A stretch of DNA of 64,000 bases from an uncultured delta proteobacterium (GCA_963806225.1 CAWDXG010000004.1:128001-192000), one strand, 5' to 3'. Counted from the first letter of the stretch, positions 46,853 through 57,641 are shown. The notes: generated from the sequence alone by a model not told the origin. Numbers and translations are program-made.

Positions 46853-46901
46853 GGAATGTTTCCGAAACCACAGAGAGCGCATCCGGTAACCTGCACGAAA
46901 C
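46853..46901 (+). promoter_or_regulatory. 11-bp-phased direct repeats resembling an OmpR-type (GlnR-like) box upstream of amtB
   Basis: GTAAC(46886)-N6-GAAAC(46897); further GAAAC at 46864, 22 bp upstream of GTAAC. Confidence 0.45.
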
Positions 46902-46925
46902 AATAGCGGTGCTTACTCGGGACGC

Positions 46926-48135
46926 ATGAACTCGGGTGACACGGCCTGGCTCTTGATCTCTTCCGCGCTGGTGCTTCTGATGACGCCGGCGCTGGCGCTG
47001 TTCTACGGCGGCATGGTCCGGCGAAAGAACGTCCTGTCGACCCTCATGCACTCGATGGCGGCGATCCCACTCATCAGCGTGATCTGGGCGGTGTGCGGCT
47101 ACTCGCTGGCGTTCGGCGGAACGCACGGTGGGCTTCATCGGCGGCTTCGACTTCCTCGGCCTGTCGGGTCTTGCCGGCACCGAGCACGGCAGCGTTCCCA
47201 CACTCGCCTTCGTCGCCTTCCAGATGATGTTCGCGGTGATCACGCCGGCGCTGATCTCGGGGGCGTTCGCGGAGCGCATGAAGTTCAGCGCCTACATCGC
47301 GTTCATCGCGCTCTGGTCGCTGCTGGTGTACGTGCCGGTCTGCCACTGGGTGTGGGCCGACGGCGGCTGGCTGTTCAAGCTCGGCGCACTGGACTTCGCG
47401 GGCGGCACGGTCGTCCACCTGACGGCCGGGATCTCCGCGCTCGTCTGCGCGCTCGTGATCGGCAAGCGGATGAAGTACCCGCAGGAGCGGGCCATTCCGC
47501 ACAACCTCACCATGACGGTCACCGGCGCGGGGCTGCTCTGGTTTGGATGGTTCGGCTTCAACGCGGGCAGCGCGCTGGCTTCGGGGCAGCTGGCGTCGCT
47601 GGCGTTCGTGACGACGCACCTCGGCGCGGCGTCAGGCGCGTTCGGCTGGGTGGTCATCGAGTGGCTGCATCGCAGGAAGCCGACGGCTCTCGGCGTCGCT
47701 TCGGGGCTCGTTGCCGGGCTGGTCGCGATCACGCCCGCAGCCGGCTTCGTTCCTCCCTGGGCCGCGATGGCGATCGGCGCGGCGGCCGGCGCGATCTGCT
47801 ACGGCGCGGTCGTTGCCAAGGACCACCTCGGCTACGACGATTCGCTCGATGCCTTCGGCGTCCACGGCGTCGGCGGGCTGGTCGGCGCGCTGTTGACCGG
47901 GGTCTTCGCAGTAAAGGCGCTGAATCCCGCCGGAGGCGATGGGCTCCTGGCCGGCAACCCGCACCAGCTCGTGGTCCAGCTCATCGCCGTCGGCGCATCC
48001 GGTCTGTACGCGGGCGTCGTGACGTTGGTGCTGCTGTTCGCGATCAAGGCGACAATCGGCCTGCGCGTGGATGAACAGGACGAGACCGAGGGACTCGATG
48101 CCACGCAGCACGGCGAGGAGGGCTACGCCGCCTGA
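46926..48135 (+). CDS. amtB: ammonium transporter (1-nt frameshift near 47130, probably a sequencing error)
   Basis: [30 protein letters not shown] in frame 1, continuing [37 protein letters not shown] in frame 2. Confidence 0.92.
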
Positions 48136-48163
48136 CCGCCTAGCTGGTAGGGTGCGCGGCAGT

Positions 48164-49165
48164 ATGCAGCCGACCGGAATGATCGAGCGCGCGACGCGCT
48201 GGCTCTCCGAACACGCGACGCGCACTCCGGGCAGCATCCTGCTCGGCCAGATCCGGCAGTCCGTGGCAGAGCGCACGCTCGCCCGCTACTCGGCCGAAGC
48301 CGAGCGCAGCTGGCCAGGGCTGGCCGAGGGAGCGCCGGAAGCCCGGGCCGAGCTCGCGGATGTGGCTGAACGCGCGCTGTCCACGATGCGCAGCGAGGTC
48401 GATCTGGAAGCGAGCCACGCGGGTCTGCTGCAGGCGTGGGCGGCGCTGATGGACGCGCGCTGGCGCGAGACGTACGAAGGCGAATACCTCGACGACCCCA
48501 GCGTGGATCACGAGCGGCGCGTGCGCATCCTCGAGCACCTCGACGCGATGAACGATCTACTGGACACCTACCGCGGCTTCTTCGAGTGGCTCAGGCCGAT
48601 GCTGTGCGAAGACCGCACGACGCGCCTGCTCGAGCTGGCCGCTGGACACGGCGGCTTCGCGCTAGCCCTGGCACGCCGCGCCCGGGATGACGGGCTCGAC
48701 CTCGAGCTACTGGCCAGCGACATCAAGCAGGAGTACCTCGACCTGGGCGCGGCGCGCGCCCGCAGCGAGGAACTCGACGTGCACTTCGGGCTGCAGGACG
48801 CGCTCGACCTCGGCAACCTCGAGCCCGGCAGCTACGACGTCCTGATGTGCATGCAGTCGCTGCATCACTTCCCGGCGGGAGAGGTCGCCGTGATGTTCAC
48901 CGAGGCGGCGCGCGTCGCCGCGCGCGGCGTGCTGTTCTTCGACGGCACGCGCAGCTCACTGGCGGCGCTCGGTCTGGGCGGGCTCGGCCTGTTCCGCTAC
49001 GGGGACCGCGACTTCGTTCACGACGCGATGGTCTCTTTCCGCCGTTTCTTCGTCGCCGAGGAGCTGGAGCTTCTGGCCCGGCTGAGCCCCTGGGGCGCCC
49101 AGGCCCGCGCGCAGTGGATCGCGCCGGGGCACTGCGTCCTGGCACTGGCGAAGCAGGACACGTAG
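48164..49165 (+). CDS. class I SAM-dependent methyltransferase with N-terminal extension
   Basis: LLELAAGHGG, ASD, QDALDL, YDVLMCMQSLHHF; start uncertain (48164 or 48179). Confidence 0.8.
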   Translation: MQPTGMIERATRWLSEHATRTPGSILLGQIRQSVAERTLARYSAEAERSWPGLAEGAPEARAELADVAERALSTMRSEVDLEASHAGLLQAWAALMDARWRETYEGEYLDDPSVDHERRVRILEHLDAMNDLLDTYRGFFEWLRPMLCEDRTTRLLELAAGHGGFALALARRARDDGLDLELLASDIKQEYLDLGAARARSEELDVHFGLQDALDLGNLEPGSYDVLMCMQSLHHFPAGEVAVMFTEAARVAARGVLFFDGTRSSLAALGLGGLGLFRYGDRDFVHDAMVSFRRFFVAEELELLARLSPWGAQARAQWIAPGHCVLALAKQDT

Positions 49166-49194
49166 CAGAATGTCACAATACTGCGGCATTCTGC
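49165..49194. terminator. hairpin between convergent genes
   Basis: GCAGAATGTCAC-aatact-GCGGCATTCTGC. Confidence 0.45.
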
Positions 49195-49207
49195 CACATT
49201 CCAGCTC

Positions 49208-50440
49208 CTAGCTGCCGACGACGAAGCAGACGCTGGTCGTGCCGCTCCCGCCGATGTTGAGTGTGCCGAAGTTCCGCGCACCAGGCACCTGGTAGTCGCC
49301 CGCCGTGTCGGTCACCTGCTTGTACGCGTCGAGCAGCTGGCGCACGCCGGTGGCACCCACGGGATGTCCCGCGCCGATCAGTCCGCCGCTCGGATTGATC
49401 GGGTGCGTGCCGCCGATCTCGAGCCAGCCTTCCTCCACGGCCTTCCAGCTCTCGCCCGGCGCGGTGATGCCGAAGTGGTCGATCGCCATGTACTCCGAGG
49501 TCGTGAAGCAATCGTGCGTCTCGATCCCGTCGATGCCGTTCACGTCCGCGATCCCGGCGCGATGGAACGCGTCGGTGATGGTGGCGCGCACGTGCGGCAG
49601 CACGTAGCGGTCGCCCGCGCTTTCGGCGACCTTGTCGGCGAAGCGGAGCCGCGCGGTGTGGTGCCCCCAACCCTTGATGCGCGGGATGCGGTCGAGCGAC
49701 ACGCCGCGACGCTTCGCGTAGCGCGCCGCCACGTCGGCGCTCGCGAGGAACACACACGCCGCGCCATCCGTCACCTGTGAGCAGTCGGAGACCCGGATGC
49801 GCCCGCCGACCGCCGGATTGTCGTCCGTGCGGCAGAGCGCCTGGCCCTTGTTCATGTACCAGGTGCGCGTCTGGGCGTTCGGGTTCTTCTTCGCGTTTTC
49901 GTAGTTGAGCGTCGAGATCCCCGCGAGGTACTCGTCCCTAAGGCCGTAGCGCTTGTCGTATTCGTCGCCCAGCTTGCCGAACAGCTTCGGGAACGGGAAC
50001 TCGATGCCCTGCGCTTCGCGCTCGTACCAGGCGGCGGTGCCGAGGTAGTCCCCGCCGCGTGCCGCATCGACCGTCTTCATCTGCTCGATGCCCACCACCG
50101 CGGCGAGCCCGTAGCGCCCCGCTTCGATCTCGGCTGACGCGGCGAGCAGCGCGATGCTGCCGGACGCGCACGCCGCTTCATGCCGGCTGGTGGGCAGCCC
50201 GCTGAATACCGGATCCACTTCCACGAAGAAGGCGCCGAGATGGCCCTGCATGCAGTACAGCTCGGCGGCGAAATTTCCGACGTGGGCGACCTCGATCTCC
50301 GTCCGGCGTCGACCTCGGCAGCCGAGAGCGCGCCCTCGCACCGATTCGCGCATCAGGGCGAGGAAGTGCTTGTTCTCCTTCGTCCAGTTGCGTGCGAAAT
50401 CGGTCTGGTATCCGCCCAGGATGTAGACTTCGTTGCCCAT
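49208..50440 (-). CDS. thiolase (acetyl-CoA acyltransferase), HDCF/SCP2-type; compensating indels near 50300-50340
   Basis: EAACASG, DCSQVTDGAA, ETHDCF, NPSGGL, GHPVGATG. Confidence 0.9.
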   Translation of the reverse strand: MGNEVYILGGYQTDFARNWTKENKHFLALMRESVRGRALGCRGRRRTEIEVAHVGNFAAELYCMQGHLGAFFVEVDPVFSGLPTSRHEAACASGSIALLAASAEIEAGRYGLAAVVGIEQMKTVDAARGGDYLGTAAWYEREAQGIEFPFPKLFGKLGDEYDKRYGLRDEYLAGISTLNYENAKKNPNAQTRTWYMNKGQALCRTDDNPAVGGRIRVSDCSQVTDGAACVFLASADVAARYAKRRGVSLDRIPRIKGWGHHTARLRFADKVAESAGDRYVLPHVRATITDAFHRAGIADVNGIDGIETHDCFTTSEYMAIDHFGITAPGESWKAVEEGWLEIGGTHPINPSGGLIGAGHPVGATGVRQLLDAYKQVTDTAGDYQVPGARNFGTLNIGGSGTTSVCFVVGS

Positions 50441-50463
50441 CGTTCATCACTGCCTTCGCGCTC

Positions 50464-51810
50464 TCAGGCTGCGATGAAGAACCTGCCGACGTTCACTTGC
50501 GGCTCGTTGAAGAACCGGTGCGGCTCGGTGCGGGCGTCGCGGAGCGCGTCCGGCACGGGCACGCCGCTGTCCTCCAGCATGCGCACCGCCGGGCCGACCC
50601 CGATCGTGTCCACCAGCACGCTCGGCGGCGCCCAGTTGAAACCGAAGCCCATGATCAAGTCGATGCCGCGGATCGAATCGGTCACTTCCCCCACCCGGTG
50701 GAATGCATAGCTGATGTAGCCGGCAATGACCCTGCGCGCCAGCTCGGCCTCGGTGCCCCTGGCCGCCATCAGACGCCGCCATCGCCGCGCGGTAGTCGCC
50801 GACGCGGTGCAGCGCGGTCACCTCGTCGATGAACGACAGATCCGGCAGCTTGACCTCCGCGAGCGGGCGGTAGCGGCTTGAAGCCGGATCGAGCACCAGC
50901 TTCCGCTTGTTCGTTGTCGCGCTTGAAGAAGCCGCCCCCGGTCTTGCGACCGAGCGTGCCCTTGCGCGATGAGCTCGCGCATGTAGCCGGGCAGCTCGAG
51001 CGTCGCGTGCGCCTCGTCGTCGGTCAGCTGGTGGATGTTGTCGACGATGGCCTGGTGGATGTCCCAGCCGACCAGGTCGATGGTCGCGAGCGGCGGCAGC
51101 GCGCGGCCCGTGTACGGCCCGACCAGCCGATCCATCAGCGCGGGGCCGTACTCCTCGGCGAGCTGGGCCACCTCGTTCAGCACCTTGAATCCGACGCGAT
51201 TGCCGGCGAAGCCGGGCGTGTCCGCGGTGCGGATCATCACCCGCCCCAGGCGCCTTTCCGCGAACGCTTCGACGAAATCGACCAGAGCCGGGTCCGTGTC
51301 GCGTACCCGGGATCAAGCTCGGTGCCGACGATCACATTGGGGGGGTTGAAGAAATGCAGCCCCATGAAGTGGCGGCGGAACGACTCGCTGCGGCCCTGCG
51401 CCAGACGGTTGATCGAAAGGCCCGACGTGACCGTCGCCACGATCGAATCCGGGCGGCGGACGCGGCGTCGACGCGCTCGAAGAACTGCTCCTTCAGCTCG
51501 AGCTTCTCGGTGACCGCCTCGAAGACGAGATCCGCGTTGGCGACGGCCCGTTCGAAGTCCTCGTCGTACGAGCCGCATTCGACCCGGTCGGCAACGGTCG
51601 GCGAGCGCACCTGCTTCACCGCGGCCGCGAGCCCCTGCTCGGCCTTCTCGCGGGTCCGCGCGAGGAACGTGACCTTCGGCACGGCCGTCGTGAACAGCGC
51701 GCCGCTGCCGTAGCCCATGGTGCCGTTGGCGCCGAGCACGACGACGTGGCCGATGCTGCGCCGTGCGAGGACTTCCTCCAGGCGTGCGTTCTCGAATTCG
51801 ATGATGTCAT
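50464..51810 (-). CDS. 3-hydroxyacyl-CoA dehydrogenase family protein, broken by at least five frameshifts (assembly error or pseudogene)
   Basis: SD AGGAGG before ATG 51810; fragments VVVLGANGTMG, FEAVTEKLELK, ATVTSGLSI, GLHFFNPP, DTPGFAGNRV, DLVGWD, GFGFNWAPP in successive frames. Confidence 0.8.
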
Positions 51811-51840
51811 GCGCGTGCCCTCCTGCTCGAGCCGTTGCGC

Positions 51841-51958
51841 CGTTTACAGCTTTACAGACCGACGCAGTGCGTAACCTAGATCGCGTGCCTGGCACCGATC
51901 AACCAGCGGCAGGATTTGCGCGTTCCGCGGCTTTACAGCCCCATTCACTTTGTAAACG
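51841..51958. promoter_or_regulatory. cluster of TTTACA/TGTAAA motifs upstream of the dehydrogenase-thiolase operon
   Basis: TTTACAG at 51843, 51851, 51932; TGTAAAC at 51951. Confidence 0.45.
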
Positions 51959-52007
51959 CAGCGGGCGCGAACGCCGTGTTCCCGCGGGCTTGCGCGTTCG
52001 GCGTCGC

Positions 52008-52916
52008 TCAGCGACAGACGCGGTTCTTGCCGCCCTGCTTGGCGCGGTACATCGCCTCGTCGGCGCGCTGGAACAGCGTGGCCGCGTCGGTCGCGCTCTC
52101 CGGAAGCGAGGCTACTCCGATCGAGATCCCCGGCTTGAGCGGAATGCCGTCCTTCTCGAACTTGTGCTCGCCGACCGCCTGGCGGATCTCCTCGGCCACG
52201 GCGACGCCCGCTTCGGCGTCGATCCCGGGCAGCGCGGCCAGGTACTCGTCGCCGCCGAAGCGACAGCCGATGCCACGCGCACCGACCACGCTGCCGATCA
52301 GCTTGCCGGCCTCGCCGATGACGTATGCGCCGAACAGGTGCCCGTACGTGTCGTTGATGCGCTTCACGCCGTCCAGATCCATCACGAGCAACGTCAGCGG
52401 ACGCTCCTGCTGGTGCGCCGCCTCGATCAGCTGTGCGAGCTCCGCGTCGAATTTCCGCCGCACGAACAGGCCGGACAGGTCGTCGACGTTGAGCATCTTC
52501 TCGACCACGCTGTTGTAGGCCTGCTCGATCCCGTCCTGCAGCTCGAAGCGGACAATGGTGCCGCCGAACACGATCTTGTCGTGCGGTTTGAGCGCCACCT
52601 CGGTGCAGCGCTGGCCGTTGACGGCGGTGCCGTTCGTGCTGCCGAGATCGACCAGCGTCCAGGCGTCGCCGCGATCCTCGAGCCGGGCGTGATGCCACGA
52701 GACCAGACCGTCGGTGAGCGTGAGCTCGACATCCGGATCGCGTCCAACCATCAGGGTGCGATCGACCATGACGCGCTGGCCGACCTCGTTGCCGCTCATG
52801 ACGACCAGCACGGGACGGTAGGGCGCCTTGACGTGGCGCATGATCTCGCTCGAGACCTCTTCCCCCGCCTTCAGCGTCGCCATGCGAACCGGACGCTTGT
52901 CGCTCGGACCGGACAC
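52008..52916 (-). CDS. FHA-domain diguanylate cyclase
   Basis: FHA: VGRD, VSWHHA, DLGSTNGT; GGDEF: DDLSGL, DLDGVKRINDTYGHLFG, RFGGDEY, ADEAMYRAKQGGKN; start GTG 52916 or ATG 52883. Confidence 0.92.
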   Translation of the reverse strand: MSGPSDKRPVRMATLKAGEEVSSEIMRHVKAPYRPVLVVMSGNEVGQRVMVDRTLMVGRDPDVELTLTDGLVSWHHARLEDRGDAWTLVDLGSTNGTAVNGQRCTEVALKPHDKIVFGGTIVRFELQDGIEQAYNSVVEKMLNVDDLSGLFVRRKFDAELAQLIEAAHQQERPLTLLVMDLDGVKRINDTYGHLFGAYVIGEAGKLIGSVVGARGIGCRFGGDEYLAALPGIDAEAGVAVAEEIRQAVGEHKFEKDGIPLKPGISIGVASLPESATDAATLFQRADEAMYRAKQGGKNRVCR

Positions 52917-52963
52917 GCCAGCGATACTAGCATGGGGTCCGTCCGGCCTCATGACCGGGGATC

Positions 52964-53344
52964 TCAGCACTCTATCAGCTCGATCCGGTAGCCGTCGGGG
53001 TCCTCGACGAAGGCGATCACCGTCGTACCATGCTTCATCGGGCCGGCTTCGCGCACCACCTTGCCGCCGCGGCGCTTGATCTCCTCGCACGCCGCGGCCG
53101 CATCGGGCACCTGGAGCGCGACGTGGCCAAAGCCGTCACCGAGCTCGTAGCTATTCGTGTCCCAGTTGTGCGTGAGTTCGATGACGGCCTGCTCGCTCTC
53201 CGGACCATAGCCGACGAACGCGAGCGTGAAGCGCCCGCCGGGGTAGTCCTTCTTCCGGAGCAGCCTCATGCCGAGCACCTCGGTGTAGAAAGCGAGCGAG
53301 CGTTCCAGATCGCCGACGCGCAGCATGGTGTGCAGGAGTCGCAT
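52964..53344 (-). CDS. gloA: lactoylglutathione lyase (glyoxalase I)
   Basis: [40 protein letters not shown]. Confidence 0.95.
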   Translation of the reverse strand: MRLLHTMLRVGDLERSLAFYTEVLGMRLLRKKDYPGGRFTLAFVGYGPESEQAVIELTHNWDTNSYELGDGFGHVALQVPDAAAACEEIKRRGGKVVREAGPMKHGTTVIAFVEDPDGYRIELIEC

Positions 53345-53417
53345 GGCCGGAGCTTGCGCACGCAGCGCCGGGCGATCAAGTGGGGACCCTCGACGCCGAC
53401 GCGAAGCGCGCCGTGGC

Positions 53418-54755
53418 TCACCGGTTCATGCCGCCCGGTTCGAGCAACGCGTCGACCCGATCGGTCAAGAGCGGTCCCGACAGCTGGTGGAAGCGGTAGC
53501 TCACCCGCACCAGCGGCATTTCGAGCTTCAGCACGCGGTCGAGTCGCGCGGGGCTGGCGTCCACGACCAGATCGGCGCCGGAGCGGCGGATGGTCTCGGC
53601 GAGATCGGCGAGCTGCGCTTCCGAATACCCCATCGCGGGCAGCACGCCCTCGAGGTGCGGATAGCGGCGGAACGTGTCGGCGAGGGTGCCGACCGCGCCG
53701 GGGCGCGGGTCGACGAGCTCGGCCGCGCCGGCGCGCCGCGCCGCGATCGTCCCCGCACCGTAGCCCATGCCGCCGTGCGTGACCGTCGGCCCGTCCTCGA
53801 CGACCAGCACGCGCCGGCCGCGCACCGCTGCTGCGTCGGCGAGCTCGATGTCCAGATCGGCCTCCACGATCTCCGCGCTCGGGTTCGCGCCCTGGATGTT
53901 CGCGCGGATCGTCGCCACATCGTCCGACCTGGCGCCAGACACCTTGTCGATCACGACGATGTCGGCGCGGCGCAGATTCGTCTCGCCCGGGTAGAAGCGG
54001 AGCTCGTGCCCCGGACGCAGCGCATCGGCGACCACCAGCGACAGATCCGGGTGGATGAACGGCATGTCGTTGTTGCCGCCGTCCCACAGCACCAGGTCCG
54101 ACTCCTCTTCAGCGGCGGCGAGCACGCGCGCGTAGTCGACGCCGGCGAACACCACCAGGCCCTGTTCCACGTAGGGTTCGTATTCCTCGCGCTCCTCGAT
54201 GGTGCAGTCTGCGCGGGACAGGTCCTCCGCCGAAGCGAAGCGCTGCACGGCCTGCTTTTGCAGATCGCCGTAGGGCATCGGATGGCGGATCACGCCGGCG
54301 CGCACGCCCCGGCGCCGCAGGTGGCGCGCCAGGTACTGGCTGAGCGGGCTCTTGCCGGCCCCGGTGCGCACCGCCGTCACCGCTACGACCGGACGCCGCG
54401 AGCGGAGCTCGGTCTGCCGCGGGCCGAGCAGTGCGAATGCCGCCCCCGCGGCCTGCACGCGGCTGGCCTTGTGCATCACCTCCTCGTGCGGCAGATCGCT
54501 GTACGAGAGGAACACGAAGTCGATCTCGAAGCGCTCGATCAGCTCCTCGAGGCGTTCCTCGGAGAAGATCGGAATGTCCTCGGTGTACTCTGGCCCGGCC
54601 AGCTCGCGGGGAAAGCTGCGCTGCTCGATGAACGGGATCTGCGTCGCCGTGAACGCCTGGACCCTGAACCCGGGCTGTGCGCGGAAGAACGTCTGGAAGT
54701 CGTGGAAGTCGCGACCGGCAGCTCCCATGATCAGGCAGCGGAACCTCGTGGCCAT
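53418..54755 (-). CDS. P-loop NTPase, cyclic 2,3-diphosphoglycerate synthetase-like/predicted GTPase family
   Basis: [53 protein letters not shown]. Confidence 0.8.
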   Translation of the reverse strand: MATRFRCLIMGAAGRDFHDFQTFFRAQPGFRVQAFTATQIPFIEQRSFPRELAGPEYTEDIPIFSEERLEELIERFEIDFVFLSYSDLPHEEVMHKASRVQAAGAAFALLGPRQTELRSRRPVVAVTAVRTGAGKSPLSQYLARHLRRRGVRAGVIRHPMPYGDLQKQAVQRFASAEDLSRADCTIEEREEYEPYVEQGLVVFAGVDYARVLAAAEEESDLVLWDGGNNDMPFIHPDLSLVVADALRPGHELRFYPGETNLRRADIVVIDKVSGARSDDVATIRANIQGANPSAEIVEADLDIELADAAAVRGRRVLVVEDGPTVTHGGMGYGAGTIAARRAGAAELVDPRPGAVGTLADTFRRYPHLEGVLPAMGYSEAQLADLAETIRRSGADLVVDASPARLDRVLKLEMPLVRVSYRFHQLSGPLLTDRVDALLEPGGMNR

Positions 54756-54866
54756 CGCCGACAGCGTGTGGCTTTGCGACGCGCTGCGCCACGCCGGCCC
54801 GCCGCGGCGGCTGATCGTTGCGTCATGCCCGCGGGGCCGGACGCCACACCTGTGGCAAGAGCCACG

Positions 54867-55049
54867 CTACGGCAGGCCGCGCTGCACGCCCCGGGGGCGC
54901 GCCGCCAGTCTGAGCACGTCGTCGACGAGAGGCTTGTCGCTATGTCCGCGCTGGCGGCGCCGGGACAAGAGCAGGAACACGAACACGACCTCGAAGATCA
55001 CCAGAACCAGAACCGGCCAAGTGGCGTCTCCCAGGAGCTCGGTGTTCAT
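54867..55049 (-). CDS. small single-pass membrane protein (60 aa)
   Basis: Strong SD GGAGAGGAGG before ATG 55049; TM WPVLVLVIFEVVFVFLLL followed by RRRQR. Confidence 0.55.
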   Translation of the reverse strand: MNTELLGDATWPVLVLVIFEVVFVFLLLSRRRQRGHSDKPLVDDVLRLAARPRGVQRGLP

Positions 55050-55078
55050 GTCGACCCTCCTCTCCGGCGTAGACGAGG

Positions 55079-55117
55079 AGCAGGAAACGGGCCAACAAAG
55101 CCGCAACGATCATGCCG
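55079..55117 (-). promoter_or_regulatory. two tandem sigma54-like -24/-12 sites
   Basis: Minus strand CGGCATG-atcg-TTGCG (55117-55102) and TGGCCCG-tttc-CTGCT (55094-55079). Confidence 0.45.
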
Positions 55118-55138
55118 CGGCGCGGCGACGCGCCGCGG

Positions 55139-57046
55139 CTACGAGCGCGGCCGGCGGGCGCTCTTGCGACGGCGACGCGCGGCGCCCGGCGCGGGCGGCA
55201 CCAGGCACTCTGGAGCGCGGCCGATCAGATCGCGCCGCCCGGCCTTCGCCAGCGCTTCGCGCGCGAGCGCGTGGTGCTGCTCGTCCCACCAGAACAGCAG
55301 CGCCTTCATCATGCGCTTTTCCCTGAGTTCGCGCGCCGTGTAGACGGCTTCACCCGAGAGCGGGTCGAGGCCGGTGTAGTACATGCTGGTCGCGATGGAC
55401 ATCGGCGTCGGGATGAAGTCCTGGATCTGCCGCGGCCGCAGATTCTGCCGCTTCAGATAGAGCGCGAGATCGACCGTGTCGGCGAGTGTCGAGCCCGGAT
55501 GCCCGGTGATGAAATACGGCACCAGGTACTGCTCCTTGCCGGCTTTGGCGCTGGCCTGGCAGAACGACTGCGTGAAGCGCTCGTAGTGCTCGATGCCGGG
55601 CTTCTTCATCTTGTCGAGCACGCGGGGGTTGTTGTGCTCGGGCGCGACCGAGAGCTGTCCGCCGGTGTGGCGCTCGGCCAACTCGCGGATGAACGCGGGG
55701 CTCCGCTCGGCCAGGTCGTAGCGGACTCCCGATGCCACGAAGACACGCTTGATGCCCTTTTCGGCGCGGACCCTTCTCAGGAGATCGATCAGTGGATCAT
55801 GATCGGTACGCAGGTTGTCGCACACGCCGGGGTGCACGCAGGACAGCCGCCGGCACGCGCTTTCCGTGCGCTCGTCCCCGCAGCTCATGCGGTACATGTT
55901 CGCGGTGGGGCCGCCCACGTCGCTGATGACGCCGGAAAAGCCCTGCATGCGGGTCAGCGCCCTCACCTCGCGGATCACGCTGTCCGCCGAGCGGCTCTGG
56001 ATGATGCGGCCCTCGTGCTCGGTGATGCTGCAGAAGGTGCAGCCTCCGAAGCAGCCGCGCATCGTCACGATCGATTCCTTGACCGTATCGAACGCCGGAA
56101 TGCGCTTGCCGCCATAGGCCGGATGCGGCGCGCGCTGGAACGGAAGGTCGTACAGCTCGTCCATCTCCGCTTCTTCCAGCGGCAGCGCGGGCGGGTTGAA
56201 GTACACGGCTTGATCGCCGTGCGGCTGCAGCAGCGGACGCGCGTTGTGGGCGTTGGTCTCGTACTGCAGCAGCCGCGACGCCGCCGCGAAGGCGCGCTTG
56301 TCGCTCGATACCACTTCGTACGACGGCAACACGACGACCCGGCCGTCGCGCACGTAGCGGCTGGCCTCGGCGGCGAGCGGCTCCCAGTCCGCACGGCGAT
56401 TGAGGACGCGCGCGGTGCCGCGGATGTCCACCAGCTCGCCGACCTGCTGTCCCGCATCGAGCCGGCGTGCGATCTCCCACGCGGCGCGCTCGCCCATACC
56501 GAACACGAGCAGGTCGGCCTTGGCGTCGAGCAGGATGCTGCGGCGCACCGAGTCGGACCAGTAGTCGTAGTGCGCGATGCGGCGCAGCGATGCCTCGATC
56601 CCACCGATGACCACAGGCACCCCGGGAAACGCCTGGCGGCACAGGTTGGAGTAGACGAGCGTGGCGCGATTGGGACGGCAGCCGGTGCGTCCGCCCGGCG
56701 AGTACTGATCCTCCGACCGCACCTTCTTCTGGGCGGTCAGCTTGTTCAGCATCGAGTCCAGGTTGCCGGCGCTGACCCCGACGAACAAGCGCGGCCGGCC
56801 CATGCGCGCGATGTCCTCCGGGCAGTCCCAGCGCGGCTGCGCCACGACGCCCACGCGGTAGCCGCGGCCCTCGAGGAAGCGCGCGATCAGCACCGGGCCG
56901 AACGCCGGGTGATCGACGTAGGCGTCGCCGGTGACGACCAGGATGTCGAGCTCGTCCCAGCCGCGCGCACGCATTTCCTCGGGCGTCGTAGGCAGAAACG
57001 CGCGCGCGTCGGGCAGGCGCGGCGTGCGCAGCTTCACAAGCGACAT
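55139..57046 (-). CDS. YgiQ (UPF0313) family radical SAM protein
   Basis: [60 protein letters not shown]. Confidence 0.92.
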   Translation of the reverse strand: MSLVKLRTPRLPDARAFLPTTPEEMRARGWDELDILVVTGDAYVDHPAFGPVLIARFLEGRGYRVGVVAQPRWDCPEDIARMGRPRLFVGVSAGNLDSMLNKLTAQKKVRSEDQYSPGGRTGCRPNRATLVYSNLCRQAFPGVPVVIGGIEASLRRIAHYDYWSDSVRRSILLDAKADLLVFGMGERAAWEIARRLDAGQQVGELVDIRGTARVLNRRADWEPLAAEASRYVRDGRVVVLPSYEVVSSDKRAFAAASRLLQYETNAHNARPLLQPHGDQAVYFNPPALPLEEAEMDELYDLPFQRAPHPAYGGKRIPAFDTVKESIVTMRGCFGGCTFCSITEHEGRIIQSRSADSVIREVRALTRMQGFSGVISDVGGPTANMYRMSCGDERTESACRRLSCVHPGVCDNLRTDHDPLIDLLRRVRAEKGIKRVFVASGVRYDLAERSPAFIRELAERHTGGQLSVAPEHNNPRVLDKMKKPGIEHYERFTQSFCQASAKAGKEQYLVPYFITGHPGSTLADTVDLALYLKRQNLRPRQIQDFIPTPMSIATSMYYTGLDPLSGEAVYTARELREKRMMKALLFWWDEQHHALAREALAKAGRRDLIGRAPECLVPPAPGAARRRRKSARRPRS

Positions 57047-57113
57047 CGCGGGCGAGTCTGACACAGCCTCACCTCGCGCACACCCTGGCCGTGGATCGAC
57101 TACGCTCGGCCAC

Positions 57114-57641
57114 ATGCGGAAACGGCAGGTCACCGTCGCGCTCGTGTTGGCCGCGCTCGCGAGCTGCGAGCGGCACAGCGAGCAGCCGGCGGCGGAACCG
57201 TTTGCCGGGACCACGGCCAGTGTCGACAAACCACGCCAGGGTCCGGTGCCTGGACCGGAGCTGACCGCAGTGCGCGCCGAGCGCCATCCGGGGTTCGTGC
57301 GGGCGGTATTCCAGTTCGACCGGGGTCCGCTTCCGGGCTACCGCGCGGGCTTTCTGCCGCGGGCCGCGCGCGAGTGCGGCTCGGGGCGTCCTACTTCGGT
57401 CAGCGGCCAGGCCTGGCTCGAGCTCCGCATGTCCCCCGCCCGGGCGCACGGCGAGCACGGCCGGAGCCCATCCTTTCCGACCGAGCTCCGGCCGCGGCTC
57501 GAACCGCTGCTCGAGCTCCGGCAGACGTGCGACTTCGAAGGCGTGGTGAGCTGGGTGCTCGGCCTCCGGCAGCGCGTGCCATACCGCGTGCGCGAGCTCG
57601 ATCATCCAGCCCGGCTGGTGCTCGACGTCGCGTCCCGATAG
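57114..57641 (+). CDS. AMIN-like domain lipoprotein
   Basis: Lipobox [35 protein letters not shown]. Confidence 0.75.
   Translation: MRKRQVTVALVLAALASCERHSEQPAAEPFAGTTASVDKPRQGPVPGPELTAVRAERHPGFVRAVFQFDRGPLPGYRAGFLPRAARECGSGRPTSVSGQAWLELRMSPARAHGEHGRSPSFPTELRPRLEPLLELRQTCDFEGVVSWVLGLRQRVPYRVRELDHPARLVLDVASR

Noticed and set aside
46926..48135. Programmed frameshifting in amtB (or ccmH, uvrA)
   Set aside because: No slippery heptamer or stimulatory structure noted; similar indels are scattered through the window
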